NCBI GenBank assembly: GCA_965116905.1
Contig: OZ220732.1
Coordinates: forward strand, 3,680,001-3,744,000
Direction of reading: 5' to 3'
Length of the DNA stretch: 64,000 nt
Source of the DNA: Longimicrobiales bacterium
GTDB lineage: Bacteria; Gemmatimonadota; Gemmatimonadetes; Longimicrobiales; Gaopeijiaceae
Positions 1 through 9,600 of the stretch are shown in pieces (position 1 is the stretch's first letter; each line of letters starts with the position of its first letter). The notes under the pieces are model-generated. The model was not told where the DNA came from. It made no database searches and was given only the letters and a program-made list of their open reading frames with translations. The translations under genes and the position numbers were made by a program.

Positions 1-1089
1 GGCCAGGATGCCCAGCATGAGCGGGAAGCCGAATACACGGCTGGTAAGCCAGCGATCCAGGCGACGGTCCAGGCCCGCACCCGCCTTCTTGAGTCCCCGA
101 TGCACGCTCGCCTCGCCGATCCGGGCGGCTTCCCGGTAGAGGTTCTCCGCCACTGCATCCTGAAAGCCGGGACGCAAGGTCCAGCGCTGACGGGTGGCGG
201 CATCCAGGATTCGCGCCCTCGCCGCGGTCGCCTCCGATGGCGACGCGGGGGCCGGATCGTCCTGCCGCGCCCCCTCGCCCGCGGCGGGACCAGGGGTTTC
301 CGGGGCCGCATCCCGGTTGAGATCGCCGATCTCGCCGGAGCGCACGGCTTCGGCGACCCGCTCATCGGCGTTCAGCAGCCGGAGCGCCACCCACTTCGCG
401 TTGGGAAGCTCCGGAAACGCCTCCACGATCAGGGGCTTGAGGGCGTCGACCGCATCCTCCACGCCGGCCGGGTGCGACCGCAGGCGGCGGGGCGCGGTCT
501 TGCGTGCGCCCGTGGCGACTTCGTATGCCATGCGCAACAGCGCGTCGATCCCTTCCCCCTGACGGGCCACCGTCGGCACCACCGGCACACCGAGTTCCCT
601 TTCCAGGCGCGCCGGATCCACGGAGACGCCGTGCCGCCGGGCCTCGTCGACCAGATTGAGGCAGACGACCACCCGATCGGTGATCTCGAGGATCTGCAGC
701 ACCAGGTTGAGGTTGCGCTCCAGGCGCATGGCATCCACCACCACGACGGTCACATCCGGCTGCCCGAACAGGATGAAGTCGCGCGCGACCTCCTCGTCGA
801 CGCTGCCGGCCTGGAGGGAATAGGTGCCGGGCAGGTCCACAACCTTGACCCGGCTGCCGTCGTACAGAAACGCGCCCTCGGCCCGGGTCACGGTCTTCCC
901 GGGCCAGTTGCCGGTATGCTGCCGGAGCCCGGTCAGCGCGTTGAACACCGTGGTCTTGCCGACATTGGGATTGCCGGCCAGCGCGATCAGGTGATCCCAC
1001 TTGTGGGGACTCAGGCCAAGACGGACCAGGTTGCGGTTGCGCTGCGGTCCCGGCCCATGACACGCCGCGGCTGCGGTTTGCGCGGTCAT
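1..1089 (-). CDS. feoB: Ferrous iron transport protein B, N-terminal part (3' end outside window)
   Basis: Not in ORF track. Manual translation from ATG 1089 gives MTAQTAAAACHG...IALAGNPNVGKTTVFNALTGLRQHTGNWPGKTV (G1/G2 motifs) and DLPGTYSL (G3). ATGA overlap with the upstream DtxR-FeoA gene. Confidence 0.95.
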   Translation of the reverse strand, partial: MTAQTAAAACHGPGPQRNRNLVRLGLSPHKWDHLIALAGNPNVGKTTVFNALTGLRQHTGNWPGKTVTRAEGAFLYDGSRVKVVDLPGTYSLQAGSVDEEVARDFILFGQPDVTVVVVDAMRLERNLNLVLQILEITDRVVVCLNLVDEARRHGVSVDPARLERELGVPVVPTVARQGEGIDALLRMAYEVATGARKTAPRRLRSHPAGVEDAVDALKPLIVEAFPELPNAKWVALRLLNADERVAEAVRSGEIGDLNRDAAPETPGPAAGEGARQDDPAPASPSEATAARARILDAATRQRWTLRPGFQDAVAENLYREAARIGEASVHRGLKKAGAGLDRRLDRWLTSRVFGFPLMLGILA

Positions 1090-2117
1090 GCCGCATCCTC
1101 CGGCCAGTCGCCGTTGACATGGATCATGGCGGCCTGTTCACGGCGCAGGGCAATCAGCGCGCCCCGGATGTCGTACGCGACCGGATCGCCGCCCGCGCTG
1201 CGCATCCGGGGCCGCACGACCGTGCCCGGGACGACCCCGAGGTCGAGGAGGCGCCTGCGGGCCGGACCACGACACCGGGTCGAGATCCCGACCACGGTGG
1301 CCGAGTCGCCCGGCTCGATCTCGGCCAGCGTCCGGGACCATCGCGGACCGGCCACGTCCTCCGCGATCTCGACCGTAACGTTGCGGGCCAGCGCGCTGGA
1401 CACCTCGTACTGCCGGTCGCCGGTCTGGAAATGGACCCTCCCCGCCTCGCCTTCCAACCGCCGCACGGGCTCCATCAGTCCGAGCCCCAACGCGACAAGC
1501 TGACCGTAGATCTCGGGGGGCTCGTCCTCGAGGTGAACGATGACGGCCTGGTCCCCCGGTCTGAGAGAGGACAGCGGCACCCCCGACCGGGCGGGGATTT
1601 CGCCCGACGCCGTGGGAATCGGATCGCCGTGCGGGTCGTAGACGGGATTCCCCAGCGACGCGGCCAGGTCCTCGGTCTCCTCCTCCGACAGCGTGTGCTC
1701 GCGCGTTTCGGCCTGTTCATGCCACTCCTCGGGACGCGTTCCCGTCCTGTCCGCCAGGAAGCGCTCCCACAGGCGGTGGGTGCGAACGATCCGCAGGGCC
1801 TGTCCGCGGCCGGACTCGGTGAGGCTGAACCGGTTCCCGCTTGCGGTCACCAGACCCTCTTCCTCGAGCCGCTGGAGCAGCCGGATGGCCTGGCTTCGCG
1901 GGATCTGGACGCCGCCGGCCACGCTGTCCGCGGTGGCGGGATGCCGGTCGTACTCCAGCTTGTGAAGCTGCTTGAGCATGTCTTCCAGCCGCACACGCTC
2001 GGTCAGGCGAGCCAGTCGCCGCACCCGTGCGACGACGCCGGACCCGGGCCACAGGACGACGCACCCGAGCGCGGCCAGGCCCGCAAAGACGGCGAGGGCG
2101 AGAATCGGTTCGGGCAT
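1086..2117 (-). CDS. DtxR/MntR-family metal-dependent regulator with N-terminal hydrophobic helix and two C-terminal FeoA (SH3-like) domains
   Basis: Motifs EDMLK, HRLWERFL, AETREH and DPHGDPIP; C-terminal RRRLLDLGVVPGT...GDPVAYDIRGALIALRREQA (FeoA). Start set at ATG 2117; ORF track uses TTG 2147. Confidence 0.9.
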   Translation of the reverse strand: MPEPILALAVFAGLAALGCVVLWPGSGVVARVRRLARLTERVRLEDMLKQLHKLEYDRHPATADSVAGGVQIPRSQAIRLLQRLEEEGLVTASGNRFSLTESGRGQALRIVRTHRLWERFLADRTGTRPEEWHEQAETREHTLSEEETEDLAASLGNPVYDPHGDPIPTASGEIPARSGVPLSSLRPGDQAVIVHLEDEPPEIYGQLVALGLGLMEPVRRLEGEAGRVHFQTGDRQYEVSSALARNVTVEIAEDVAGPRWSRTLAEIEPGDSATVVGISTRCRGPARRRLLDLGVVPGTVVRPRMRSAGGDPVAYDIRGALIALRREQAAMIHVNGDWPEDAA

Positions 2118-2176
2118 GGGAATCGGGGACCGGGCGGTAGGCTGCACGTTGCGTGTTGGTGTGGAATCGCCCGAAA

Positions 2177-2192
2177 TTTAGGCAAGCCTAAA
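2177..2192. promoter_or_regulatory. Putative DtxR/MntR-family operator TTTAGGC-AA-GCCTAAA
   Basis: Perfect 7-bp inverted repeat in an AT-rich patch about 60 bp upstream of the DtxR-family gene; resembles TTAGG...CCTAA boxes of this family. Confidence 0.75.
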
Positions 2193-2212
2193 AATATCCG
2201 CAACCCTGGGGC

Positions 2213-2257
2213 CCGTGGGTCCGCTGGTCGGCCCGTCCGTGGGTCCGCTGGTCGGCC
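2213..2257. repeat. Direct repeat CCGTGGGTCCGCTGGTCGGCC x2
   Basis: Two 21-nt copies with a 24-nt period in the divergent intergenic region. Confidence 0.8.
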
Positions 2258-2311
2258 GGAGTTGGCCAGACCCGCGCGAACACCTATTCTAGATGGATGG
2301 GAGGACAGAGT

Positions 2312-2845
2312 ATGACGCGCGGTCTGCTGCCAATCGCCCTCGTGCTGTCGGCGAGCCTGATTCCGGCGGCCGCCGAAGGGCAGCGGCGACACCCTGGGGC
2401 TCCGGGGAGCGACGGGTTCTCGGCGGCGGCCGCCAGGGCCGAGTTCTACGCCGACGTCCTTGAGCACACCAACGAGGTCCTCGCCAAGTGGCGTGCGGCG
2501 TGGGCGGCGGACGACCTTGACGCCCTGCTGGAACTCTACACCGAAGACGCCAGCTTCATCTTCACCAATGACGCCCCGGTTCAGGGACGCGAGGCGATTC
2601 GCGAGAAGCTGGTGACGCTCCTTGAGAGGACCGGCGAGGTGCAGGCGGCCTTTACCGACTTCGACGCGAGCGGGCGCATGGGACTCGTCTCCGGCCTGCT
2701 GACCTTCCAGATGCGCGAAGCGCGAAGGTCGCGAACGGTCGGCGGGATCCATATGACCGTCCTGATCCGCCAGGGACGCGACTGGAGAATCCGCGCTCAG
2801 CTCTTCAGGCTCGACGAGGAAGTGCCCAGCCCGCCGTCGGGCTAG
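2312..2845 (+). CDS. Secreted NTF2/SnoaL-like (YybH/DUF4440-type) protein
   Basis: Signal peptide, then WRAAWAADDLDALLELYTEDA...GREAI...WRI pattern; GGAGG RBS. Confidence 0.75.
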   Translation: MTRGLLPIALVLSASLIPAAAEGQRRHPGAPGSDGFSAAAARAEFYADVLEHTNEVLAKWRAAWAADDLDALLELYTEDASFIFTNDAPVQGREAIREKLVTLLERTGEVQAAFTDFDASGRMGLVSGLLTFQMREARRSRTVGGIHMTVLIRQGRDWRIRAQLFRLDEEVPSPPSG

Positions 2846-2882
2846 AGCAGGCTCCCTCAGCCCCGGCTGACCACGCGCGCGG

Positions 2883-2898
2883 CGTTTCAGCTGAAACG
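2883..2898. other. Perfect palindrome CGTTTCAGCTGAAACG (parS-like)
   Basis: 16-bp palindrome between convergent genes; core repeated at 21275-21288. Confidence 0.5.
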
Positions 2899-2916
2899 TG
2901 TTTCCGGGAGTTCCGG

Positions 2917-4206
2917 CTACTTGTTGATCCGGTACATCCGCACGTACTGAACGTCCAGTTCGTCGGTCCAGACGCCGAGGATGTAGTCCTCTCCGATCTC
3001 CATGTAGGGTGCCTGGTACTGGACGAAGGCGCGCTCGAGGCCGGGGGGCAACGACACGCTGCCCAGCCAGGAGCCGTCGGGGGCGTGGACCTCGAAGGGC
3101 GGGGGTTCGGCGCCGGCGACGTAGTAGGGCTGTAGCCAGAGGTGTCCGGTGGCGTCGACGTGGATGGAGCGGAGGACGGGGAGTTGTGGTGCTCGCGGCC
3201 GGTCACGCCACATTCGGCGTAACCCCTCCACATCTTCTGGCGCGGCGGCGTCCGGATCCGGAAATGCGATTGCCACAATACCGTCCAGATGGAGGTTGAG
3301 GAGGGCGCCGGTCACTTCGCGTGGAGCTACGTCGCGCCGGTAGACCGCGGTGATCGCGGCGTCACGTGGGGAGACCAGACGGACTGACCAGGCTTCGGTG
3401 TCGATCACCGCGACACGTCCTGCTGCGGCACCGTACTCCGGCCCCTTGAAGAACACGTACGAGCTGATCGACCAGCGTCCTCCCTCTCGCACGCGCACCT
3501 CCGCTTCGTGGCCTGGCAAGACCATCAGGGACCTGGCATTGCCATCCGAAAGGTCCGCCGCTGCCAGACGTTCCAGGGGCCAGCGCACGATGCCGGTGGG
3601 CATCTCGTTGCTGTCGCCATACTCGATGAAGCGGAGGATCAGCAGGCCGTCCACGACACCTACCGCCTTGTCGGCTGCAGCGGTCCGGCCAGCGGTCTCG
3701 CCGTCGGTCAGGGCCACCCGCAGCGTCCTCGCCGGGTCGCCGTCCGGCCCGAAAACCTGCGCGTGCATCAGCGCGGCGTCGTAGGTCACCAAAGAATCAC
3801 CAGTCGTGGTTCCGAGGAAGTCCAGGCTCTCGAACTCGCCGGGGCCCTGTCCGAATCTTCCCGCGCGCCACCGGAAGGTCCCTGCTGCGTCGTAGCTCCG
3901 CAGTTCCGAAGCGCCGCGGTCCGCGACCACGATGTCGCCGTTGCCCAGGCGCACTGCGGCCACGACTTCGCTGAACTGGTACTCGAGGGCGCCGGTCACC
4001 GTGCCGATCTCGACGACGGGCTCCGGGTCAACCGTCCAGGCGTCATCGGGTCCCCAGATCGGGGCGACGGCGGTGACGATGGGGATCCCGGCGGAGTCGT
4101 TGTGTAGAATGTGTAAAGTATGTATTTCGTCCGAGTCGCAGGCGGTTGATGCGATCAGGCCTGCCAGAGCGAAGGATGCCACGAGTGCTCGTCCGGGGTC
4201 GGGCAT
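2917..4206 (-). CDS. Six-bladed beta-propeller lipoprotein (paralogue A)
   Basis: Start MPDPGRALV at 4206; lipobox STAC; DSAGIPIV, GRFGQGPGEF and C-terminal DELDVQYVRMY motifs. Confidence 0.8.
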   Translation of the reverse strand: MPDPGRALVASFALAGLIASTACDSDEIHTLHILHNDSAGIPIVTAVAPIWGPDDAWTVDPEPVVEIGTVTGALEYQFSEVVAAVRLGNGDIVVADRGASELRSYDAAGTFRWRAGRFGQGPGEFESLDFLGTTTGDSLVTYDAALMHAQVFGPDGDPARTLRVALTDGETAGRTAAADKAVGVVDGLLILRFIEYGDSNEMPTGIVRWPLERLAAADLSDGNARSLMVLPGHEAEVRVREGGRWSISSYVFFKGPEYGAAAGRVAVIDTEAWSVRLVSPRDAAITAVYRRDVAPREVTGALLNLHLDGIVAIAFPDPDAAAPEDVEGLRRMWRDRPRAPQLPVLRSIHVDATGHLWLQPYYVAGAEPPPFEVHAPDGSWLGSVSLPPGLERAFVQYQAPYMEIGEDYILGVWTDELDVQYVRMYRINK

Positions 4207-4213
4207 TGGCCGG

Positions 4214-5512
4214 CTACTTGTTGATCCGGTACATCCGCACGTACTGAACGTCCAGTTCGTCCGTCCACACGCCGAGGATGTAGTCCTCTCCGATCTCCAT
4301 GTAGGGCGCCTGGTACTGGATGAATGCGCGCTGGAGGCCGGGGGGCAGGGATACGCTGCCAAGCCACGTGCCATCGGGCGCGTGGATCTCGAAGGGAGGG
4401 GGGTCGGCGCCGGCCACGAAGTAGGGCTGTAGCCAGAGGTGTCCGGTGGCGTCGACGTGGATGGAGCGGAGGACGGGGAGCACCGGGGCTCTGGGGAAGT
4501 CGCGCCACATCTGTTGAACGCGACCGACTTCCTCGCGGGGAACGTCGCCGATCATGTCCATGATACCGGCCAGATGCTCTTCGAAGATGGCGTTGGTCAC
4601 CTCCCGCGGCGCCACGTCGCGCCGCACGATCCGCTCGATGGTGCCGTCGGCCGGGGAGAGCACGCGGACCGTGTAGGCTTCGGTATCGATGACGGCGACG
4701 CGGTCAGCAGCAGCTCCGAATTCGGGCACGTTGCCAAAGGCGTACCGGCCCCCCCTGCGGCCGCCCCGAAAAAAGACCTCCTCGCCGGCGACCACAATCA
4801 GGTCATTGGCCAAGCCGTCCCCCAGTGCGATAGCCACCGGGCGTTCGTCGACCCACCGCACGGCACCGCTTGTCCCTTGGTCGCCCAGTTCAGCGAAGCG
4901 AACGATGAGTTGGCGTCCCACAACGCCGACGGCCTTGTCAGGACCCGACAGGTCCTCCGGGGATGGCGTGCCGCCGCCAGGATCGGGGTCGAATCGCTGC
5001 GGACGCACGTCGAAGCTCCGCGCCATTTGCCCCCCGGCATCGAAAAGCTGCACGCGCATCAGTTCTCGGTCGTAGGTCACCAGCGAATCGCCGGTCGTGC
5101 TTCCGAGAAAGTCCAGGCTCTCGAACTCGCCCGGACCCTGTCCGAATCTTCCTGCGCGCCACTGGAAGGTCCCTGCTGCGTCGTAGCTCCGCAGTTCCGA
5201 GGCGCCGCGGTCCGCGACCACGATGTCGCCGTTACCCAGGCGCACCGCGGCCACGACTTCGCTGAACTGGTACTCGAGGGCCCCGGTCACCGTCCCGATC
5301 TCGACGAGGGGCTCCGCGTCGACCGTCCAGGCGTCGTCGGGTTCCCAGATCGGGGCGACGGCGGTGACAATGGGGATCCCGGCGGAGTCGTTGTGTAAAA
5401 TGTGTAAAGTATGTATTTCGGCGGGGTCGCAGGCGGTGGCTGTGAGCAGGATCGCGGTCGCGGCTGCGGTGGTCGCGAAGGACACGATGGGCCCTTGGGC
5501 GGGCGCGTTCAT
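4214..5512 (-). CDS. Six-bladed beta-propeller lipoprotein (paralogue B)
   Basis: Lipobox ATAC; N- and C-terminal blocks near-identical to 2917-4206. Confidence 0.8.
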   Translation of the reverse strand: MNAPAQGPIVSFATTAAATAILLTATACDPAEIHTLHILHNDSAGIPIVTAVAPIWEPDDAWTVDAEPLVEIGTVTGALEYQFSEVVAAVRLGNGDIVVADRGASELRSYDAAGTFQWRAGRFGQGPGEFESLDFLGSTTGDSLVTYDRELMRVQLFDAGGQMARSFDVRPQRFDPDPGGGTPSPEDLSGPDKAVGVVGRQLIVRFAELGDQGTSGAVRWVDERPVAIALGDGLANDLIVVAGEEVFFRGGRRGGRYAFGNVPEFGAAADRVAVIDTEAYTVRVLSPADGTIERIVRRDVAPREVTNAIFEEHLAGIMDMIGDVPREEVGRVQQMWRDFPRAPVLPVLRSIHVDATGHLWLQPYFVAGADPPPFEIHAPDGTWLGSVSLPPGLQRAFIQYQAPYMEIGEDYILGVWTDELDVQYVRMYRINK

Positions 5513-6639
5513 GCCGGCTCCGGCACGAGTTGGGCGGTGATCGGGTTCACCAGTGCGCCCACGCTGGGGACATCCAACTCATCCCTGGCCACGCCGTACA
5601 GGAGGTCGCCCCGCACGTCCGTGAGCCTGAACCGCTCGGGGAGGATCACCACCCACTTCCGCATCGTCTCGATATCGACGACGACCCAGTGCCCCCGCTC
5701 GTCGTCAACGCCCTGGCGCAGCCAGAACACATGATCGCCGGCGGGGACGAGGCGTGTCGCGACGGACCAGTATTCGGGTGCGTCGATCTCGATTTCTCGG
5801 GGCAGATCCCGACTGGTGCCTTCCCTGATGTCCCGCTCCACGTCATCCAGGTCCCGCTCCGTAACCGCTCGTCCCGCGAATCCCAGGTCGACGGTGTCGG
5901 CTCGGATTGAAGCCGCTTCCGGTGAGACGATCGTGATTTCACCATTGACACCGTCGCCGATAACGACGGCGGTATCTCCGAGAACGCCCCACGCTCCGGA
6001 CGCGCCGAAATGGGTGTTCTGGACAGCTCCCACCACGTCCGTCGTCCAACCCGCCGCTCCCCAGTTGAAGGAGAGGAGCGTGTCGGCAGACTCGCCTCCG
6101 GGTGCCACAAGAACGACGTGGTTTCGCAAATCGTAGACGACATCTCGCGAGAAGGAGACCCGGTAGTTTGCGGGGATCATGCCGACCGTGAAACCACCCT
6201 GCAGAGGTACCGCATCGACGAGTGGCTTCTCGCCCCCACCCGGGTCGGCGAAGTGGCGGGCCCGCACCGTTTCCAGGTGGCGACCGTCCAGCCGGTAGCG
6301 GACGTACCGGCCTTGTCGGGAATCGCCGACCGTGAGTATGGAGTCGATGCTGACGATTCCCGGGGTCATCCATTCACCGGGCCCGCTCCCCTCCCGGCCA
6401 TAGCGGGACAGCAGGTCCCCACCGGTGTCGAACCACAGGACTTCGTTGTTCCCGGGGTCTGCGACCCATATCCCGAGGTCGTTGACCACGACATCTCCGA
6501 TCCTGGCGAAGAAGCCGCCGTCGTATTCCGCAGGGACGACGGTGGCAATCGGGTCCCCGGACAGGTCCAGGGTGTCCATCTGCGCCGACGCCGGCTGTGC
6601 GCCCGCGACCAGCAGGAACACGACTGTCCAGCTTCTCAT
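5509..6639 (-). CDS. Secreted six-bladed beta-propeller protein
   Basis: Start MRSWTVV (ATGA overlap at 6636-6639); signal peptide; GREGSGPGEW and DELDVPSV motifs. Confidence 0.75.
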   Translation of the reverse strand: MRSWTVVFLLVAGAQPASAQMDTLDLSGDPIATVVPAEYDGGFFARIGDVVVNDLGIWVADPGNNEVLWFDTGGDLLSRYGREGSGPGEWMTPGIVSIDSILTVGDSRQGRYVRYRLDGRHLETVRARHFADPGGGEKPLVDAVPLQGGFTVGMIPANYRVSFSRDVVYDLRNHVVLVAPGGESADTLLSFNWGAAGWTTDVVGAVQNTHFGASGAWGVLGDTAVVIGDGVNGEITIVSPEAASIRADTVDLGFAGRAVTERDLDDVERDIREGTSRDLPREIEIDAPEYWSVATRLVPAGDHVFWLRQGVDDERGHWVVVDIETMRKWVVILPERFRLTDVRGDLLYGVARDELDVPSVGALVNPITAQLVPEPA

Positions 6640-9600
6640 CCCGGCCACCTCGGAATCGGCCGGCCCGGGGTCCACGGCACGCCCGCGGCCTCCATTTCCG
6701 CTTCCAGCGCGGCCAGGTCGCCCTCCACCAGCGCCCGCAGCGCCTCCGACATCTCGGCCAACTGCGCCGACGCCACCGCGTAGCTGTCGCGCTGGGTGGT
6801 TGTGGGCGCGGACGTCGCCCTGAACTGCGCCCCCACGACGCGCGAGACGCGCTGCATGACCGACGGGGGCGCGAACTCGGCCCGATCAAGCGCGGTGCGG
6901 TCGCGCGACAGCACGCGCCGGATCTCGAAGAGCCGCGCCTCGAAGGCGGTGATGCGCGTCTCGTAGGGGGCCGCATCCATGCCGGGAGCGGCGCGCACCG
7001 CACGGCGTAGCAGTGTCAGCCGCTCCGAGGTCTCCCTCGCCGCGCGGTCCACCGCGACGGCGGCCCGCTGCAACTCGGCGACCTCGCGCTGGAAGGCCAG
7101 CAGCGCGTCGCGGTCGGCGGCGGCGAGGGTGGCTGTGCCGAGCGGCTTCACGGTGAAGGACCGGGGCGCGGTGAGATCCTCGTGGCCGTCGCCGGTCACC
7201 AGGACGACTCGCGCCGAGAACTCGCCGGGGGCCACCATGGGGCCATCCGCCTCGCCGCCCCCGGGCGAAGGCGGCTGCAGCGACGCGTACCGCAGGTCCC
7301 AGGCAATGCGGTGCAGCCCCGCCCTTCCCGGAGCGGGCACGCGCCGCACCACATCGCCCGCCGCGTCGGATACCACCACGAACACCTCGGGCGGCCGTTC
7401 CATGTCTTCGGCGGTCAGCGTGGCCTGGTCGGGGTAGGCAATGTCTTCGCCCCGTGCCAGGGCCTCCCGCTCCAGCCGCTGGCGCTGCTCCTTCAGCGAC
7501 TCGTAGCCGTCGCGCAGGTAGTAGGTGAATACGGCGCCGAAGGGCGGGTTGGGTGCCGTGAAGAAGGCGTCGCCAAATGTCCCCTTCTGCTGGCCGCCCA
7601 GCGGCCGCGCCGGGATGTAGGCCCAGGGGTCCTTCACGGGGAAGAAGTGGGCGGCGACCGACACGCGGGCGGCGGCCGACGGGCCGGCGGCACCTGCGTC
7701 GCCCGCCGCACCCGGTTCGCTGGCCGCGCCCGCCACCGCCTCGTCCATCTCGCGGAGTGGCGAGTAGTCGTCCAGGATGTAGAAGCCGCGGCCGAAGGTC
7801 GCGAGCACGAGGTCGTCCTCACGGCGCTGGATCTCGAGGTCGCGCACCGCGATCGTCGGCAGTCCTCCGCGCAGGCGCACCCACGAGGTGCCTCCGTCAC
7901 GCGTCACGAAGAGCCCGAACTCGGTGCCCAGGAAGAGCAGGTCCGGGTCGACGTGGTCCTCCATGAGCGTCCAGGTCGACTGCCCGTCGGGGACGTCTCC
8001 GGTGATGTTCGTCCAGCTCGCGCCCCGGTCGTCGCTCCGCGCCACGTACGGCGTGAAGTCCCCCTCCTTGTGGTTGTTGAAGACGGCGTAGACCCGGTCC
8101 GCCATGTGCCGGGACGCCACCACGTCGGCCACGTACGCTCTCGCAGGCACACCGGGAAAGGCCTCCTGCCGGCGCCACCCGCCACCTCCGTCCTCGCTCA
8201 CCTGCACGAGTCCGTCATCCGTGCCTACATACAGCAGCCCTTCGGCCAGGGGCGACTCGTCGAGCGCCACGATCGTGCCGTAGGGGGAAGTGAAGACGTT
8301 CTTCCAGACGGCCTCGGGCGGCCAGATCCGGCCCATCACCGGCCGCTGGTTGCGGTCGAGCCCGCGGCTGAGGTCCCCGCTGACGGCGGTCCACGTCTCG
8401 GCACGGTCGTCGGAGCGGAAGAGCTTCTGGGCCGCGAAGTAGATGCGGCGCGAGTTGTGCGGGCTGATGATCAGCGGCGAGTCCCAGTGCCAGCGGAGCG
8501 CCCCCTCCCCCGCCTCCGGCTGCGGCTGGATGTCCAGCTCCTCGCCGCTCGCCCGGTCGTAGCGGACGATGCCCGCATACTGGGACTGCGTGTAGACGAT
8601 GTTCGGGTCGTCCGGATCGACGCGCGCCTGGAACCCGTCGCCGCCGTGGGTGATGAACCAGTCGCTGTTGCGGATCCCGTGCACGTTGTCGGTGCGCGAC
8701 GGCCCGCCCACGGAGGAGTTGTCCTGCGTGCCGCCGTACACCGTGTAGAAGGGCGACATGTTGTCGATGCCGACGCGGTAGAACTGCATCAGCGGCATGT
8801 TGCCGGAGACGTAGCGCCAGGTGCGGGTGCCGTCGAAGGTCTCGTAGAGCCCGCCGTCGCTGCCGACCAGCATGTAGTCGGGGTCGTCCGGGTCGAAGAC
8901 GATCTCGTGGTTGTCGACGTGCTTGAAGCGCGTGTTGACCTGGTCGAAGGTGCGGCCCCCGTCGTTGGTGACGTGGATGATCACGTCCACCGCGTAGACC
9001 CGGTCCATGCGGTGGGGGTCCGGGTAGAGCTCGCCGTAGTACTGCGGGTCGACGACGATGTAGTCCGACATGCGCACCCACGTCTCGCCCCGGTCGGGGG
9101 AACGGTAGAAGCCGCTCCGGTCCTCGGTGGCGGCGGCATTTGCGTAGAGCACGTCCGGGTCAATGGGGGAAACGGCCAGCGCGATGCGGCCGAGGTCGCC
9201 GGCCGGCAGCCCGCTCGTGATGTCGCGCCAGGTCTCGCCGCCGTCGGTACTCTTCCAGACGCCGGACTCGGGCCCGCCGGCGACGAGCACTCCGACGTGG
9301 CGGCGCCGCTGAAAGGCCACCGCGTATAGCACGTCGGGGTCGCGCGGGTCGAGGTGCACGTCCGCGATGCCGGTGTTTTCGCTGATCTCCAGCACCGGGG
9401 TCCAGGTGGCGCCGCCGTCGGTGGTCTTGAAGAGGCCGCGGTCGCCGCCGGGAGCCCACAGCCCGCCCATGGCCGCCGCGTACACCACGTCCGGGTCGCG
9501 CGGATCGATCAGGATCTGGCCGATGTGCTCCGAGGTCCCCAACCCCGTGTTGGTCCAGCTGCGCCCGCCGTCGAGGCTCTTGTAGACGCCGTCGCCCCAG

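Noticed and set aside
100..1503. Long shadow ORFs (e.g. 100..1503, 7182..9329, 12255..13964, 45881..48481, 49818..52133, 61313..63178)
   Set aside because: Antisense or off-frame to well-supported genes, Arg/Pro/Gly-rich, no motifs; expected at this GC content.
2917..5512. Diversity-generating retroelement TR/VR pair
   Set aside because: Differences are mostly synonymous and not adenine-specific, both copies lie in intact genes, and there is no reverse transcriptase in the window.
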